NCBI GenBank assembly: GCA_965222115.1
Contig: CBDCTJ010000001.1
Coordinates: 576,001-640,000 of the forward strand
DNA from: Planctomycetota bacterium
Lineage (GTDB): Bacteria > Planctomycetota > PLA2 > JAEUHO01
DNA length: 64,000 nucleotides
Direction: 5' to 3'
Every line of letters begins with the position of its first letter. The first letter of the stretch is position 1. This document shows, in pieces, positions 28,791 to 38,725 of this stretch. Both the position numbers and the translations under genes were made by a program. The notes beneath the pieces were generated by a model, which saw only the letters and a list, made by a program, of their open reading frames with translations, was not told the origin of the DNA and ran no database searches.

Positions 28791-31700
28791 CTACCTCACC
28801 GGTGGCACGAACAAATGTCCGTATCGATTGTCAATTGTAGTAGCAAAGTCCAATAGATCCTGCTTTGAAGGACGAGGATTCGCCTTGTACCAGCGATTCC
28901 ATTCCTTTCGAATCGCACTCAAGTGTAGCTTGGAATTGAGCTTCTTCGGGATGCCCCGAAGATTCTCAAGAGAGTGCAGTTCATTGCCTGATAGCTTGAG
29001 GTGCGGGTAACGCCTTTGCACGCTCTGCTCTACCGCATGATGAACCACGACCTTGCCGCGAAGCTCAGGATTCGCCTCAAAGAATGTCTTGCGATAGTCA
29101 ACACGCGTCGCATTGCCAAATTTTGCTCCCGCCTCAGAAGTGGTTGAACGCCTTACCTTCCTCTTTCGAGTAGCCTTCATCCTCTTTACCTTGACTTGCT
29201 TTTTCGAATCGGGTCCTCGATCTGGCTTGTCCGGCTTCTTCGGAGGCTTACTCGGCGGTGGTGCCGAACTACCCGGCTGCGGGACGCCCTCTGGCTGCTT
29301 GGCTTCGGGGGCCTTACGTCGTCTTGTCTTATTGTTATTCGGAGTGCCTATTGGACGAGGCTTTGAGCGCCTTCTTCTAGCCGTCGGCACCGGCGTAGAC
29401 TTAGGACTGCCAGGAGGTCGCTTTATGACCTTCGTCTTCTTTGCGACCGGTGCACTAGATGCTATGGCCTTTGCAATATCAGATTGTTTCAACTTTCCCA
29501 GCTTGCTGGCAACGGCTTTGCCAAGTTTCCCGACAGGGATGAGATCACCAAACGCCGAGATAATCAAAGAGTTCGGCACCGGCTCATGCTTGAGCATTTT
29601 CGCGCCGATCTTTGCAATATCGCTACCGCTCACTTCACCGACAACCTCAAGTACCTCAGCTACGTCCGCGGACTTCTGCTTGGCGAACGTCTGAACGCTC
29701 TTTGGTAGGAGCGACCGAGCCGCTTTTGCGACATCACGTATCGCCTTGGGGCCATACGTGCCTGGAGGACGCGACACACAATCCAGTTTGGCATTCGCCG
29801 GAATGCGAATCACCTGTTCGTGCTTACCAGCCTTGTACTGTAGGTGTTTTTCGTAGTAATTCTTGGCATCGGTGCCGCGCATGGCAAACACAGCGCCGGC
29901 CAAAAGGAAGTAGACGACGTAATCTCCTCCCTCATCAGTCCCCCCACTCAAGTAGTACATCGTTATCTTCTGCCTATCGCGCACTTCTCCAACTGTTGTA
30001 CCCTTCTCGCAAGCCTTCTTGGCAAACTCAACTTGCTCGTGAGGAAACGTCATCCCGGACTCTCCCGAGGGGGCCCTGGGAGGTTTGATGGGAGGCGGAG
30101 GTTTCTTGGTGGGAGGAGGAGGTGGTGGCGGCGAATCAACTCCACCGTACCCATGCCCCGCTCCGGGAGGAGATACGCGGTTGCGGTGCCCGCCCGCATC
30201 GCTTTTACCGTCGTTCTCATCGCTCGATTCAGGAGGAACAACCGGAGGCTTAAGAGGAACAGCGATTGATGTCGTAGGGCCTTTTGCACCGCCGCCTGCT
30301 CCCGCCCCAGGCGCCTTCTCCTTGGCTTTAGGCGGCTCATCCGGATCACTCGTACACTCGCACTTTCCGGGAGGCGGGCAGGTTTCTATACACTTTTTCT
30401 TGGCCTCCTGGAGCTCCTTATCGCACTTCTTCTTGAACTCTTCTTCGCGCTTCTTTTTGCGCTTTTCGAGATCGTCTTTCTCTTGTCCTTCATTTCCCTC
30501 AAGAGGCTTGTCATATCCATTTAGCTCATCGAGGCGGGCCTCTTCATCCGCGGTTTGCTCTGCACGTAGTTCAGATAGTTCCTGCTCAGCGGCCTTCTTC
30601 TCGTCCTTGCTAGCCTCGGGATCGTCCTTGACCTTCTGAAGCGCGTCCATCCTATTATCGCGACGGGTGCGCTCCTTCTTTCTCAACTCATAGCGCCTGT
30701 CTTTTCGATCGCGACGCTGCTTAGCACGCCTTTTGAGCTCGTCGAGTTCCCTCTGTCGTTCACGCTCAGATAGTTCGAGTTCCTTCTTCCTGCTCTTCTG
30801 CTTTGGGCTCAACTTGATCCCAAGATCTTCAGACGATCCAAGAGACTCTTTCTCCAAGTTCTCACGGTCGAGTTGATACTCACGAAAATCGTCACGCACT
30901 GCTTCGCGCGAATCGATATCTCGCTCGCGTCTCATGCGCGCATCACCCGTTCGGCTTCGATTGTTACGAATACGTTCGCGCGCCGTGGATCGCGCACTAC
31001 GTGCGACGTTAGAGGCCTCTCTCCTCCTCTTGCGCAGATTTCTACTTCTTGTGGCACTATTAGGCGGGCGACGTGCTTCTTTCTCAAGGTGCCTAAGCTC
31101 GGCTTCCATAGCACGAGAAGCTGCTTCGTACTCTCGACGTGCCTGTTGGGATAATTCGTTCTTGCCGGTAGTTGCCGACTTCATGGCTTCGAGACTGTCG
31201 CGAACATCATTCTTGGCAGATTCTAAATCCGATCTTGACAGATCCATCTTGTTCCTGAGCATATTCAAATGCGAATTGACCTTCAGTCGTGTTTCTTCAA
31301 GATCCGAGAAGTCATTCCCTGTCTGTTCGTGATCTTCTCGTCGAGCACCTTCGACTGACGACTTCGCCTGACTCTCTCGAAACCGGTCTTCTTTTCGCTT
31401 GACTAGATCGCTCAGCTTGTCTCTTGCAAGCTCAAAAGCCGCTCTAGCTCTGTGATAGTTCCACATGACGAATGTCCGTTTCGCAACCGCCCGACCAAGT
31501 TCGACCCCCGGACTGCTCCCTCCTCCACCTCCGCCACTTGGAGTAGAGGCAACCAGCCCCCCTGGAGCGCGAGATTTGTAGTTTCCCGCTACATATCGAT
31601 CCTCTGCAAGAGGAGCTGGCATCTGAACATTGCTCGGAGGCAGAACTCCGCCCTTAGTTCCAGGCTGGAGCGCAACACGTCCACCCAAGTAGTCTCCAGG

Positions 31701-33788
31701 CATACGTGCAAGACTCTTACTTGCAGTAGTATTGTGTTGGCGGCGCGGCGAATTCCGAACGAGTCGCCCAATGCCAGAGGAAGCGGTGGTAGGTTTGCCT
31801 GGATGCGAAGAAGGGGCGAGTGCTTGAGCTCTCGCGAATCGTGGCGTAGATGGTGCAAGCGGACGCGGTGCTCCATATCGCGCTACGCGAACTTCGGCCT
31901 TGGATGGTATTGGCGCACGCGTTGAACGCGAGATCGTGGGACCTCCGAACGAACTAGCAAGATCGTATGGTCCCTTCTGACGAATTGGCTTTGCTGATTT
32001 GTTGTATGCATTGAGTGCTCGAGCTTTCGCGAATCGTGGCGCAGATGGCACAATCGGACTCGGTGTCCCATATCGTGCTGCGCTAACTTCGGTCTTGGAA
32101 AGTTCTGACGCATGCGTTGAACGCGAGATTGTGAGACCGCCGAAAGAACCAGTACTCTCGTATGGTTCTTCCTGACGCGCTGACTTTCCTGATTTATTGA
32201 ATGTCGCGTTCGCTAGGTGCCGCGAGTTACCCAACTGGCGAGAAGACCGAGTGCCACTCGGGTTAGCTGAGTAGTACTCAAGACTTGATGAATCAAAGTC
32301 ATAAATCTCGGAATGAAGCTTGAACAGCGGATGCAGCTCGATCGGCTCTTTCACTATTCCAGCCTGCTGCCCGGGGGGCTTCTCTATTCGCTGAAGACTC
32401 GGAGAAGGACCTGAGGGGCTCGAACTACTATTGCCTAAGCGACTCTCTTCTAATCGAGTGGACTTGTAATTTGACGGAGATTCGACAGGCGTTTTCTCTT
32501 GGCGCTCTAGGAGCGGGTTACGCCCACGACCGCCACCGCCTCCTCCTCCGCCGCCACCTCCGCCGGCGCCGCCGCCACCTCCACCTTGATCATCGTCATC
32601 ATCGTCGCCCGACTCCGGTTCATCGGGTACATTCGGATCAAGGCGCGCATCAAAATCATAAATTTCCCAATCGCGAGTAATCCACTCAAGAAACGGACCA
32701 ACCATGGGCCACCCAAGGCCTAGGGGCGCAAAGGCAGGTCCAAGTAGAGGCAAAAATTCCAAGCCGCGGCGGTTATCAATCTCGATTGCTCCGCTACCAG
32801 CGTCCTCGGTTCGAGAGAGATAACGATGAGCTTCGGCTATCTGATCCCCCGAGAGACTTCGATTACCTTCTAGCAGTCGCTGCTCGAACCCTAGAGAACT
32901 AGTCACTTGCGCAGTAGAGTCCACACGAGTGAGCGTGTGTAAATCTTCGATTGCGCCAAGTCCACCGTCAATCTCAAGTGGCGCGGGAATGAGTGCTCGT
33001 GGCTGCTGCAGAAAATTTTCGGGAACTGAAATGGTGACGCCAGCGTCAATTGGATTCGTCCCGGTCGAAGTAGCTATGAACTCGAACGGCTCCTCAGGAA
33101 GAGGTAAGGGTTTAGGGACGGGCATGACGGGAAATACATCTTGCGGAAACACACCCATCGGAAACATATCTAGGAGAGATACGGCCTCTTCGGGTTCGCG
33201 GATGCACTTGCACTCAATGTTGCACTGACGCTCGGCTTCTTCAGCGGGCTTCTTGTCCCCGTCTTCACCTCCACCACCCCCCTTCCCACGATCCTGAATC
33301 TCAAGACCGCGAGACTTGAACTCCCCAGAGGCAGCAGGAACTTCAGGATCCGCCTTCTTTCCAACGACGCGCCGCCGCGGGCGCTCATTAGCACCCGATG
33401 ACCCATGATAATTACTCGAAGCAACATCTGACGGCGATTCGACCTCAGCGCTACCCGAGCTACTCCCCATTGCTGCATCCGAGGTGTGCGCGCGAGGCGT
33501 TTGCTGCAACAACTCTTGCAACATGGTTGGGCTGGATTGCCCAGGCAGCATGACGCCGCGCGTTTCCGAGGAGAACTGCCCCTCAATGACGTCGGTTCCA
33601 CGCGGGCCCAAATCATCTGGGCTAGGAACGACGCGTGAATAGGCCGCACGAACCCCCGCCCTTCGTTTGGAAGGGCGGAGGGTTGCTACGGTACCGTCGG
33701 GAAGTTCACATTTTTCGCTACGTCCAGCGTATCGAGTGTCTTTACTACCGAGACAGGACTTACATCCACATGCACTACTAAGATCCAC
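28791..33788 (-). CDS. 1665-aa putative polymorphic toxin with a C-terminal HNH/EndoVII-like nuclease tip
   Basis: Tip VVVHHAVEQ...LHSLENLRGIP...LHLSAIRKEWN; charged coiled coil, low-complexity linkers, Cys clusters; immunity gene downstream. Confidence 0.75.
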   Translation of the reverse strand: MDLSSACGCKSCLGSKDTRYAGRSEKCELPDGTVATLRPSKRRAGVRAAYSRVVPSPDDLGPRGTDVIEGQFSSETRGVMLPGQSSPTMLQELLQQTPRAHTSDAAMGSSSGSAEVESPSDVASSNYHGSSGANERPRRRVVGKKADPEVPAASGEFKSRGLEIQDRGKGGGGGEDGDKKPAEEAERQCNIECKCIREPEEAVSLLDMFPMGVFPQDVFPVMPVPKPLPLPEEPFEFIATSTGTNPIDAGVTISVPENFLQQPRALIPAPLEIDGGLGAIEDLHTLTRVDSTAQVTSSLGFEQRLLEGNRSLSGDQIAEAHRYLSRTEDAGSGAIEIDNRRGLEFLPLLGPAFAPLGLGWPMVGPFLEWITRDWEIYDFDARLDPNVPDEPESGDDDDDDQGGGGGGAGGGGGGGGGGGGRGRNPLLERQEKTPVESPSNYKSTRLEESRLGNSSSSPSGPSPSLQRIEKPPGQQAGIVKEPIELHPLFKLHSEIYDFDSSSLEYYSANPSGTRSSRQLGNSRHLANATFNKSGKSARQEEPYESTGSFGGLTISRSTHASELSKTEVSAARYGTPSPIVPSAPRFAKARALNAYNKSAKPIRQKGPYDLASSFGGPTISRSTRAPIPSKAEVRVARYGAPRPLAPSTPRFARAQALAPSSHPGKPTTASSGIGRLVRNSPRRQHNTTASKSLARMPGDYLGGRVALQPGTKGGVLPPSNVQMPAPLAEDRYVAGNYKSRAPGGLVASTPSGGGGGGSSPGVELGRAVAKRTFVMWNYHRARAAFELARDKLSDLVKRKEDRFRESQAKSSVEGARREDHEQTGNDFSDLEETRLKVNSHLNMLRNKMDLSRSDLESAKNDVRDSLEAMKSATTGKNELSQQARREYEAASRAMEAELRHLEKEARRPPNSATRSRNLRKRRREASNVARSARSTARERIRNNRSRTGDARMRRERDIDSREAVRDDFREYQLDRENLEKESLGSSEDLGIKLSPKQKSRKKELELSERERQRELDELKRRAKQRRDRKDRRYELRKKERTRRDNRMDALQKVKDDPEASKDEKKAAEQELSELRAEQTADEEARLDELNGYDKPLEGNEGQEKDDLEKRKKKREEEFKKKCDKELQEAKKKCIETCPPPGKCECTSDPDEPPKAKEKAPGAGAGGGAKGPTTSIAVPLKPPVVPPESSDENDGKSDAGGHRNRVSPPGAGHGYGGVDSPPPPPPPTKKPPPPIKPPRAPSGESGMTFPHEQVEFAKKACEKGTTVGEVRDRQKITMYYLSGGTDEGGDYVVYFLLAGAVFAMRGTDAKNYYEKHLQYKAGKHEQVIRIPANAKLDCVSRPPGTYGPKAIRDVAKAARSLLPKSVQTFAKQKSADVAEVLEVVGEVSGSDIAKIGAKMLKHEPVPNSLIISAFGDLIPVGKLGKAVASKLGKLKQSDIAKAIASSAPVAKKTKVIKRPPGSPKSTPVPTARRRRSKPRPIGTPNNNKTRRRKAPEAKQPEGVPQPGSSAPPPSKPPKKPDKPDRGPDSKKQVKVKRMKATRKRKVRRSTTSEAGAKFGNATRVDYRKTFFEANPELRGKVVVHHAVEQSVQRRYPHLKLSGNELHSLENLRGIPKKLNSKLHLSAIRKEWNRWYKANPRPSKQDLLDFATTIDNRYGHLFVPPVR
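31818..32207 (-). repeat. Tandem 195-bp (65-aa) intragenic duplication
   Basis: SFGGxTISRST...ARYGxP...PRFAxAxAL twice. Confidence 0.85.
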
Positions 33789-33797
33789 GGCTAATCC

Positions 33798-34157
33798 TTA
33801 CGGTTGGCGATTAATGAAAAAACCCTGCAACCAACAGGTCACTCCTGGACTCGTACCGTTCAGGATGACGGCCACACGAAACCATCTCTTGGATAGTTGA
33901 AAATCAATTGGCTCTTCTCTGTCTTCTAGCGGTTCAACCTGCGAAGTCCCCGCGACCATTTGCCAGTCGCCGCGATCCGTAGACTCCAACACCTCAACCT
34001 TAAACGTTGTCCCTGTGCCAACCAGAGGACCGCGCCATAGGTAGAGCTTTGCCTCTTCATAAGCGGAAACATCGATAGGTAATGTTTCGTACCGCAACGC
34101 GCCAGCAAACGCAGTAAACCGAGGAATAAGAACTGCAGGGGTAACAATCTTTGTCAT
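33798..34157 (-). CDS. 119-aa beta-rich protein, paralog B
   Basis: GGAGG RBS; LIPRFTAFAG, WRG, ESTD..W, KRWFR, CW..GF shared with paralog A. Confidence 0.85.
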   Translation of the reverse strand: MTKIVTPAVLIPRFTAFAGALRYETLPIDVSAYEEAKLYLWRGPLVGTGTTFKVEVLESTDRGDWQMVAGTSQVEPLEDREEPIDFQLSKRWFRVAVILNGTSPGVTCWLQGFFINRQP

Positions 34158-34174
34158 TGCGAGGCCTCCAATGG

Positions 34175-34199
34175 GCGCGCCCCGGTACGCGGGGCGCGC
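34175..34199. promoter_or_regulatory. Intercistronic GC hairpin
   Basis: GCGCGCCCCG-GTACG-CGGGGCGCGC, no U tail. Confidence 0.55.
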
Positions 34200-34223
34200 A
34201 ATGATTGAGTGCGTACGCCGCGA

Positions 34224-34583
34224 CTACGTCTGCCGCAACTCGAGGAAGCCAATTGCCCAACATGAAGCACCTTGCGACGTGCCCGTGAGCGTGACTTTGG
34301 CGCGGAACCAACGCTTCTTGAGTTCTGGCGTGTACTGAGCTTCTGTTTCGGAACCGGGATCGGCAGATGTACTTCCCGTACAGGTTGTCCAACTGTCTTG
34401 GTCCGTTGACTCTTCAAACGCAATTGAGAAGCTTCCTGCATTGTCCAGCAACTTGCCTCGCCAAGTATTGACGATGGCCTTGGAATACTCTGTAACGTCC
34501 ATTGCAATGGTCGTAAACGTCGAGTCGCCTGCATACGTCGTGTATCGCGGAATCAGAACGAGTGGAATGAGTTCTCCAGCCAT
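34224..34583 (-). CDS. 119-aa beta-rich protein, paralog A
   Basis: AAGGA RBS; LIPRYTTYAG, WRG, ESTD..W, KRWFR, CW..GF. Confidence 0.85.
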   Translation of the reverse strand: MAGELIPLVLIPRYTTYAGDSTFTTIAMDVTEYSKAIVNTWRGKLLDNAGSFSIAFEESTDQDSWTTCTGSTSADPGSETEAQYTPELKKRWFRAKVTLTGTSQGASCWAIGFLELRQT

Positions 34584-34691
34584 AGTGATTATCCTTTCGC
34601 CGTCGGTGTCAAATGAACACAGCCACCATCACCCGACGGTCGGCACGAGAATCGACGCTACCGACGCTTCAAAAAACGCCGACTCCACTAG

Positions 34692-35228
34692 TTAATGACG
34701 CGCCATGCCCCTAAAAATTGAATTGGACGAATTCGAGCGCCTCAACGCGCGAGCAGCTCTGTCAATGCACCTACGAAATGCACTTGGATGTATTCCAAGT
34801 AGCCGAGCAGCACCGTCAATGGATTCGGACGCCATGTAAGCATCGAGCGCTTCCCGTTGACGACCCGTAAGTTGCTCACCACGGGAACGTACAACATCAC
34901 GCAGACTTACCATGCCCCTTGATTGCCGCATCGGCATCGACTCACTTGCCGCGATGGAGTCGTGTGCATTTCGACTTAGTACCCGCACCTGCTCCCTCGC
35001 AACATTCCGCGCCACCATTCGCAACCATCCGTCCGACTCAAGCTTCTCCGAATCGTCCTCCGCACTCACATAGCGCTCCCACACTCGAACACACGTCTCC
35101 TGCAGCACATCTTGTTGATCGTGAGGCTGAAGGCGATAACGCCTCGCCTCTTGATCACAGAGCTGCGCAAGTCTCGGGAGCCTCTGCTCGAACTCCCTAG
35201 CTCTCACCCGAAGACTTCCATTCTTCAT
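34692..35228 (-). CDS. ECF-type sigma-70 factor (start uncertain; ORF extends to 35330)
   Basis: DQQDVLQETCVRVW, WLRMVARN (region 2); LTGRQREAL...AARLLGI (region 4). Confidence 0.75.
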   Translation of the reverse strand: MKNGSLRVRAREFEQRLPRLAQLCDQEARRYRLQPHDQQDVLQETCVRVWERYVSAEDDSEKLESDGWLRMVARNVAREQVRVLSRNAHDSIAASESMPMRQSRGMVSLRDVVRSRGEQLTGRQREALDAYMASESIDGAARLLGIHPSAFRRCIDRAARALRRSNSSNSIFRGMARH

Positions 35229-35470
35229 TATCAACACCAATCTGTAATCATGAGAAGCACCGATAGACACACCGCTCCCCCACGCGAGCTCAAATCGCGT
35301 TCTTTCATGAGCGGCGATAACTTCAACCAACGCGCACTACAACGACGGCGCGCAAAGACGCGACCGACTGAGATCACCTACGAGGTGCGACCCTCAATAA
35401 TCACAAAACCGGATCCCAGCCGGTCGCACAAGTTACTGTTGCAAGCACACGATCAGGTTTGATCGAAGCG

Positions 35471-36433
35471 CTACGCGTCACCCCCATGGGCCTCGTCACG
35501 TGGCGACGCATTCGACGCAGACTCCTGCGCGCGCCGGCGAAGCGCTGCTAACCGATTCGAAAATCGCAGGCGATCGTTCTTCACTTCACGTAGCCATGCA
35601 CTCGCTTCCGCTCGATGAGGCTCGGGCAGCGAGAGAACAACACGTCGAGCTTCGTCAGCAAGGCCACTCGCAGATAACAAGCCAACTCCTCGCTCACGCG
35701 CGTACTGGAACGCGTCGAAGTCCAGGTCGATTGTGGCTGGCAAGTTGTGGCGATTCTTGGCGTCCCATGCGTTGCTTCGCTCGGTGTGGAGCACACGCCG
35801 GCACGGCTCGTTCTCGCTTCCGGACTTCGCGTCGGACAATCCACACGAAATGTAGTTCGCAAAGAGAAGCATGTCGCACCAGTCCTTGATCAAACCGTAG
35901 CACTTGGGATGGAGCCGTCCTTCGTAGCGCGCGTAGTCGTCGCCGAGTGGATTGGCGAAGTTCTTGGTTCCCACATGGGCAATCGAGATGATCTCAATGC
36001 CGTTGAGGGTGCGCAGTGCATCGAGCATTCGCAGCAAACGGCGCCACTCGGAAAGGGCGGCAATGTACCCCTTACCGTAACCAGGGGTTTCAATCGACTC
36101 CCACCCATAGAGTTCGCACAGGTGATCCCAAATCAGACACTCGACCCAGTCGAGCGAATCAAGAACCAGCGTCTTGTAGTCGGATTCGGCAACGGCGGCC
36201 ACGGCATCCAACACGTCGCTAAAGGTCTTGGCTTCGGGGAAGCGAGGCACATCGAGGTAGCGCAGGCCATCCTCGGATGAAATAAACACAGGACTGGGGA
36301 ACTTGCTAGCAAACGTCGATTTGCCCACACCCTCTACACCCTGCAATACGATGCGATCGGCACCAGGCCGTATGCCACGCGTGACACGCGTGAGCGTCAT
36401 CCTTTTCCGCGGACTGACAACACTGTTCATCAT
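35471..36433 (-). CDS. Phage-type AAA ATPase (Sak4/AAA_24-like)
   Basis: GVEGVGKSTFAS, TLVLDSLDW, GYGKGY, EIISIAH, AKNRHNLP. Confidence 0.85.
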   Translation of the reverse strand: MMNSVVSPRKRMTLTRVTRGIRPGADRIVLQGVEGVGKSTFASKFPSPVFISSEDGLRYLDVPRFPEAKTFSDVLDAVAAVAESDYKTLVLDSLDWVECLIWDHLCELYGWESIETPGYGKGYIAALSEWRRLLRMLDALRTLNGIEIISIAHVGTKNFANPLGDDYARYEGRLHPKCYGLIKDWCDMLLFANYISCGLSDAKSGSENEPCRRVLHTERSNAWDAKNRHNLPATIDLDFDAFQYARERGVGLLSASGLADEARRVVLSLPEPHRAEASAWLREVKNDRLRFSNRLAALRRRAQESASNASPRDEAHGGDA

Positions 36434-36512
36434 GTTTTGATCTCCATCTCGATTGGGTCATACGTCGTTAAAGTGAAAGCGCGCAATACCACTGCGCGCG
36501 AAAGACATGGGG

Positions 36513-36914
36513 TCATGGGTCGCACTCGTTTTCGATGTGATGCAGCACGGCTCCTTCAAACCACTTGCGGCGCCCGCTCTGACTGGCGGAATCGACCTTG
36601 ACGAGTCGGCATCCGACTTGTAGCGACTCAAACCGCTTCCAATAGCGGTACCAATGCTGCCGAGTCATGCCGAGCTGCGCCGCGCACCAGGTGGCATCGC
36701 GCAACGGAAGCGTGCAATAGTCAGGTAGTTCAGTAGCGCGCGCGTTTGGCTCGACGTCATGCGTTGATCGCCCACTTCCAACAGCGACCTGATTCATCGC
36801 ATCGGCATCGACGCCTGTTCGATCACATGGTGTTCGGTCACGTGGCGTTCGATCTCCCGGATCCGGAAGCCCGGCGGACAGCTCGTGTGGCAGATGGGGT
36901 TGTTCAGCGTACAT
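36513..36914 (-). CDS. Hypothetical protein with a possible excisionase/Cro-like HTH
   Basis: DATWCAAQLGMTRQHWYRYW; divergent from the XRE gene. Confidence 0.5.
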   Translation of the reverse strand: MYAEQPHLPHELSAGLPDPGDRTPRDRTPCDRTGVDADAMNQVAVGSGRSTHDVEPNARATELPDYCTLPLRDATWCAAQLGMTRQHWYRYWKRFESLQVGCRLVKVDSASQSGRRKWFEGAVLHHIENECDP

Positions 36915-36919
36915 ATCAA

Positions 36920-37035
36920 CACACTAACGTATTTTTGCCTCACTGTCGAGCATATTTACCTTTTTTATGTATTTAGATACGGTAAATTAGTCCTAATCGG
37001 TTGACATCTCGCGCCCCTGCCCTTGGAGTCTCTTC
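36920..37035. promoter_or_regulatory. AT-rich divergent promoter/operator region
   Basis: ATTTACC(20 nt)GGTAAAT inverted repeat at 36954-36987; TTGACA at 37001. Confidence 0.5.
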
Positions 37036-37419
37036 GTGAGTACAACGAAAGAATGGCCCTGGCACGCCAAGATTCAGGCCGAGCGCGGGCGCCGGGGCTG
37101 GACCTATGCCCACGTAGCGCGACGGGTAAAGGAGGAGTCGAGCCTCACTCGTCGCTGGCTGCGGGGAGAGACGCGACCTCGTGGTGACGTCATTCCGAAG
37201 TTTGCAAAGCTCATGGGCTGGCCCATTGCCTATTTGATGGATGAGAACAAACCGTATCCGCCGGAGATGGACGACGACTGGCGAGAAGCGGTCCTGGATG
37301 GCCTTGATGAGCATCGTACGCGCCTCATGAATGCGATGGCGGATGATCAGGCCGTGGCGTATCTGGTGAAGGCGCTTGATCAGTTTGAGGATCTTCGCGA
37401 GTCGTTGGGCGAGGATTAG
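37036..37419 (+). CDS. XRE-family HTH regulator (phage repressor-like)
   Basis: RGWTYAHVARRV...TRRWLRGETRPR...KFAKLMGWPIAYL. Confidence 0.75.
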   Translation: MSTTKEWPWHAKIQAERGRRGWTYAHVARRVKEESSLTRRWLRGETRPRGDVIPKFAKLMGWPIAYLMDENKPYPPEMDDDWREAVLDGLDEHRTRLMNAMADDQAVAYLVKALDQFEDLRESLGED

Positions 37420-37933
37420 GTGTGTAGCAGCGACTTGCCTTGAAGGCTTCACGCGGCGCCGCGACAATGGCGACCCATTGACGAATTACATACTGTCGGA
37501 TGGCAATCTGGCGCGCCCGATCTTCAGGCGTTGAGCCCGCGCTCAATGAGGCTCCGTGCGCTACGAGCCGATCCTTGGAGTCTATGAGGCTGGCGGAATC
37601 TTCGCGTGCATGTTTACCGTAATCAGGATCTCGCCGCCGGTCCGATTGCTTACCAACGCTGTTTTCCTTGGATTCGTTGGATTCATTAGAATCACTACCG
37701 CCGCTCTCTCGTCCGCGTTTGTTTGACACATGTGCTTCGTTTCCGGCCGCTTTCCCTCTCACCTAAGAGGGCCGAGAGGTTCCCAATGGCTCTCTGCGGA
37801 GGAACCATCTTAGGCATGGGGGCGACACTAACAAAATACTAATCAAGTGTTTGACCAATTTACTCAATATATTGTGGGCAATGGACTTATGTCTACTACT
37901 CAGAGTGCCTGATCTCTCCAGGAGAACCTCAGA

Positions 37934-38725
37934 CTACTCGCCTCGTAGGCGCTCAACCTCCCGCTCCAGGTCGGCAACCCGAGCGGCGATCGAGGGGTGA
38001 CCGTCCATGAGTTGATGTGCCCGGAACGCAGTCTCAAGCGTCGAGATCTTGGCGTACACCTTGTCCAGATCACGCTCCGCTTCGGGCCGACCGTAGTCCT
38101 CGTTTTCTACGTCCTTCAACCGTGCGGCTAAGGCCCCGAGCTCTCGTAGGGCATCGGATCGAGTGAAGCGATTCCCGCCAATGTCGGCGAGTGTTTCTTC
38201 CGCGTGATTCAAGCGAGTTCGCAACTCACGCATCGGACCATTCGTAACGCGTTTCTCAACATTATCGATGGCTTGACTGAGCAGCTCTTTGGTTGCAGCA
38301 AGTTGCATCTTGTGATTTCGCTCCCACCCCGCGGTGCGGACTTCAAGCTGACGAAACGCTTCGTCTTCGCGACCGTCTTCCCGAGCACGCACGAGGTCGG
38401 CCGCATGGCTGACCTGAAGGGAAGACTCGTGACGTGCAAGCGTATCGATATAGCCTGTGGCTCCGAGCCGCACAATCGCCGTGGTAACGGACATGACAAG
38501 ACCTGCCGCGCCAATGATCCAACCCCAGTTGATGGGACGACGCGAATGCTCCGCGAGTTCTTTGAGCTCGCGAGCAAGCTTTTCAAAGTTGCGCTCCAAG
38601 TTTCCGAGTCCTGCTTGAACCTCGGCTTTGAACGACTCGAGATCGGTCTTGAGGCTGCCTATGCTGGTGTTCTTCGATGTTGTGCTAGTTGCCATAGTGT
38701 TCATCCCCCACGGGTGCCTCTGCAC
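37934..38725 (-). CDS. Coiled-coil membrane protein (phage-like)
   Basis: Heptad repeats with one TM segment (WGWIIGAAGLVM). Confidence 0.65.
   Translation of the reverse strand: MQRHPWGMNTMATSTTSKNTSIGSLKTDLESFKAEVQAGLGNLERNFEKLARELKELAEHSRRPINWGWIIGAAGLVMSVTTAIVRLGATGYIDTLARHESSLQVSHAADLVRAREDGREDEAFRQLEVRTAGWERNHKMQLAATKELLSQAIDNVEKRVTNGPMRELRTRLNHAEETLADIGGNRFTRSDALRELGALAARLKDVENEDYGRPEAERDLDKVYAKISTLETAFRAHQLMDGHPSIAARVADLEREVERLRGE

Noticed and set aside
37325-37762. 145-aa minus-strand ORF
   Set aside because: Overlaps the XRE gene, low complexity, no recognisable motif; cannot be supported.
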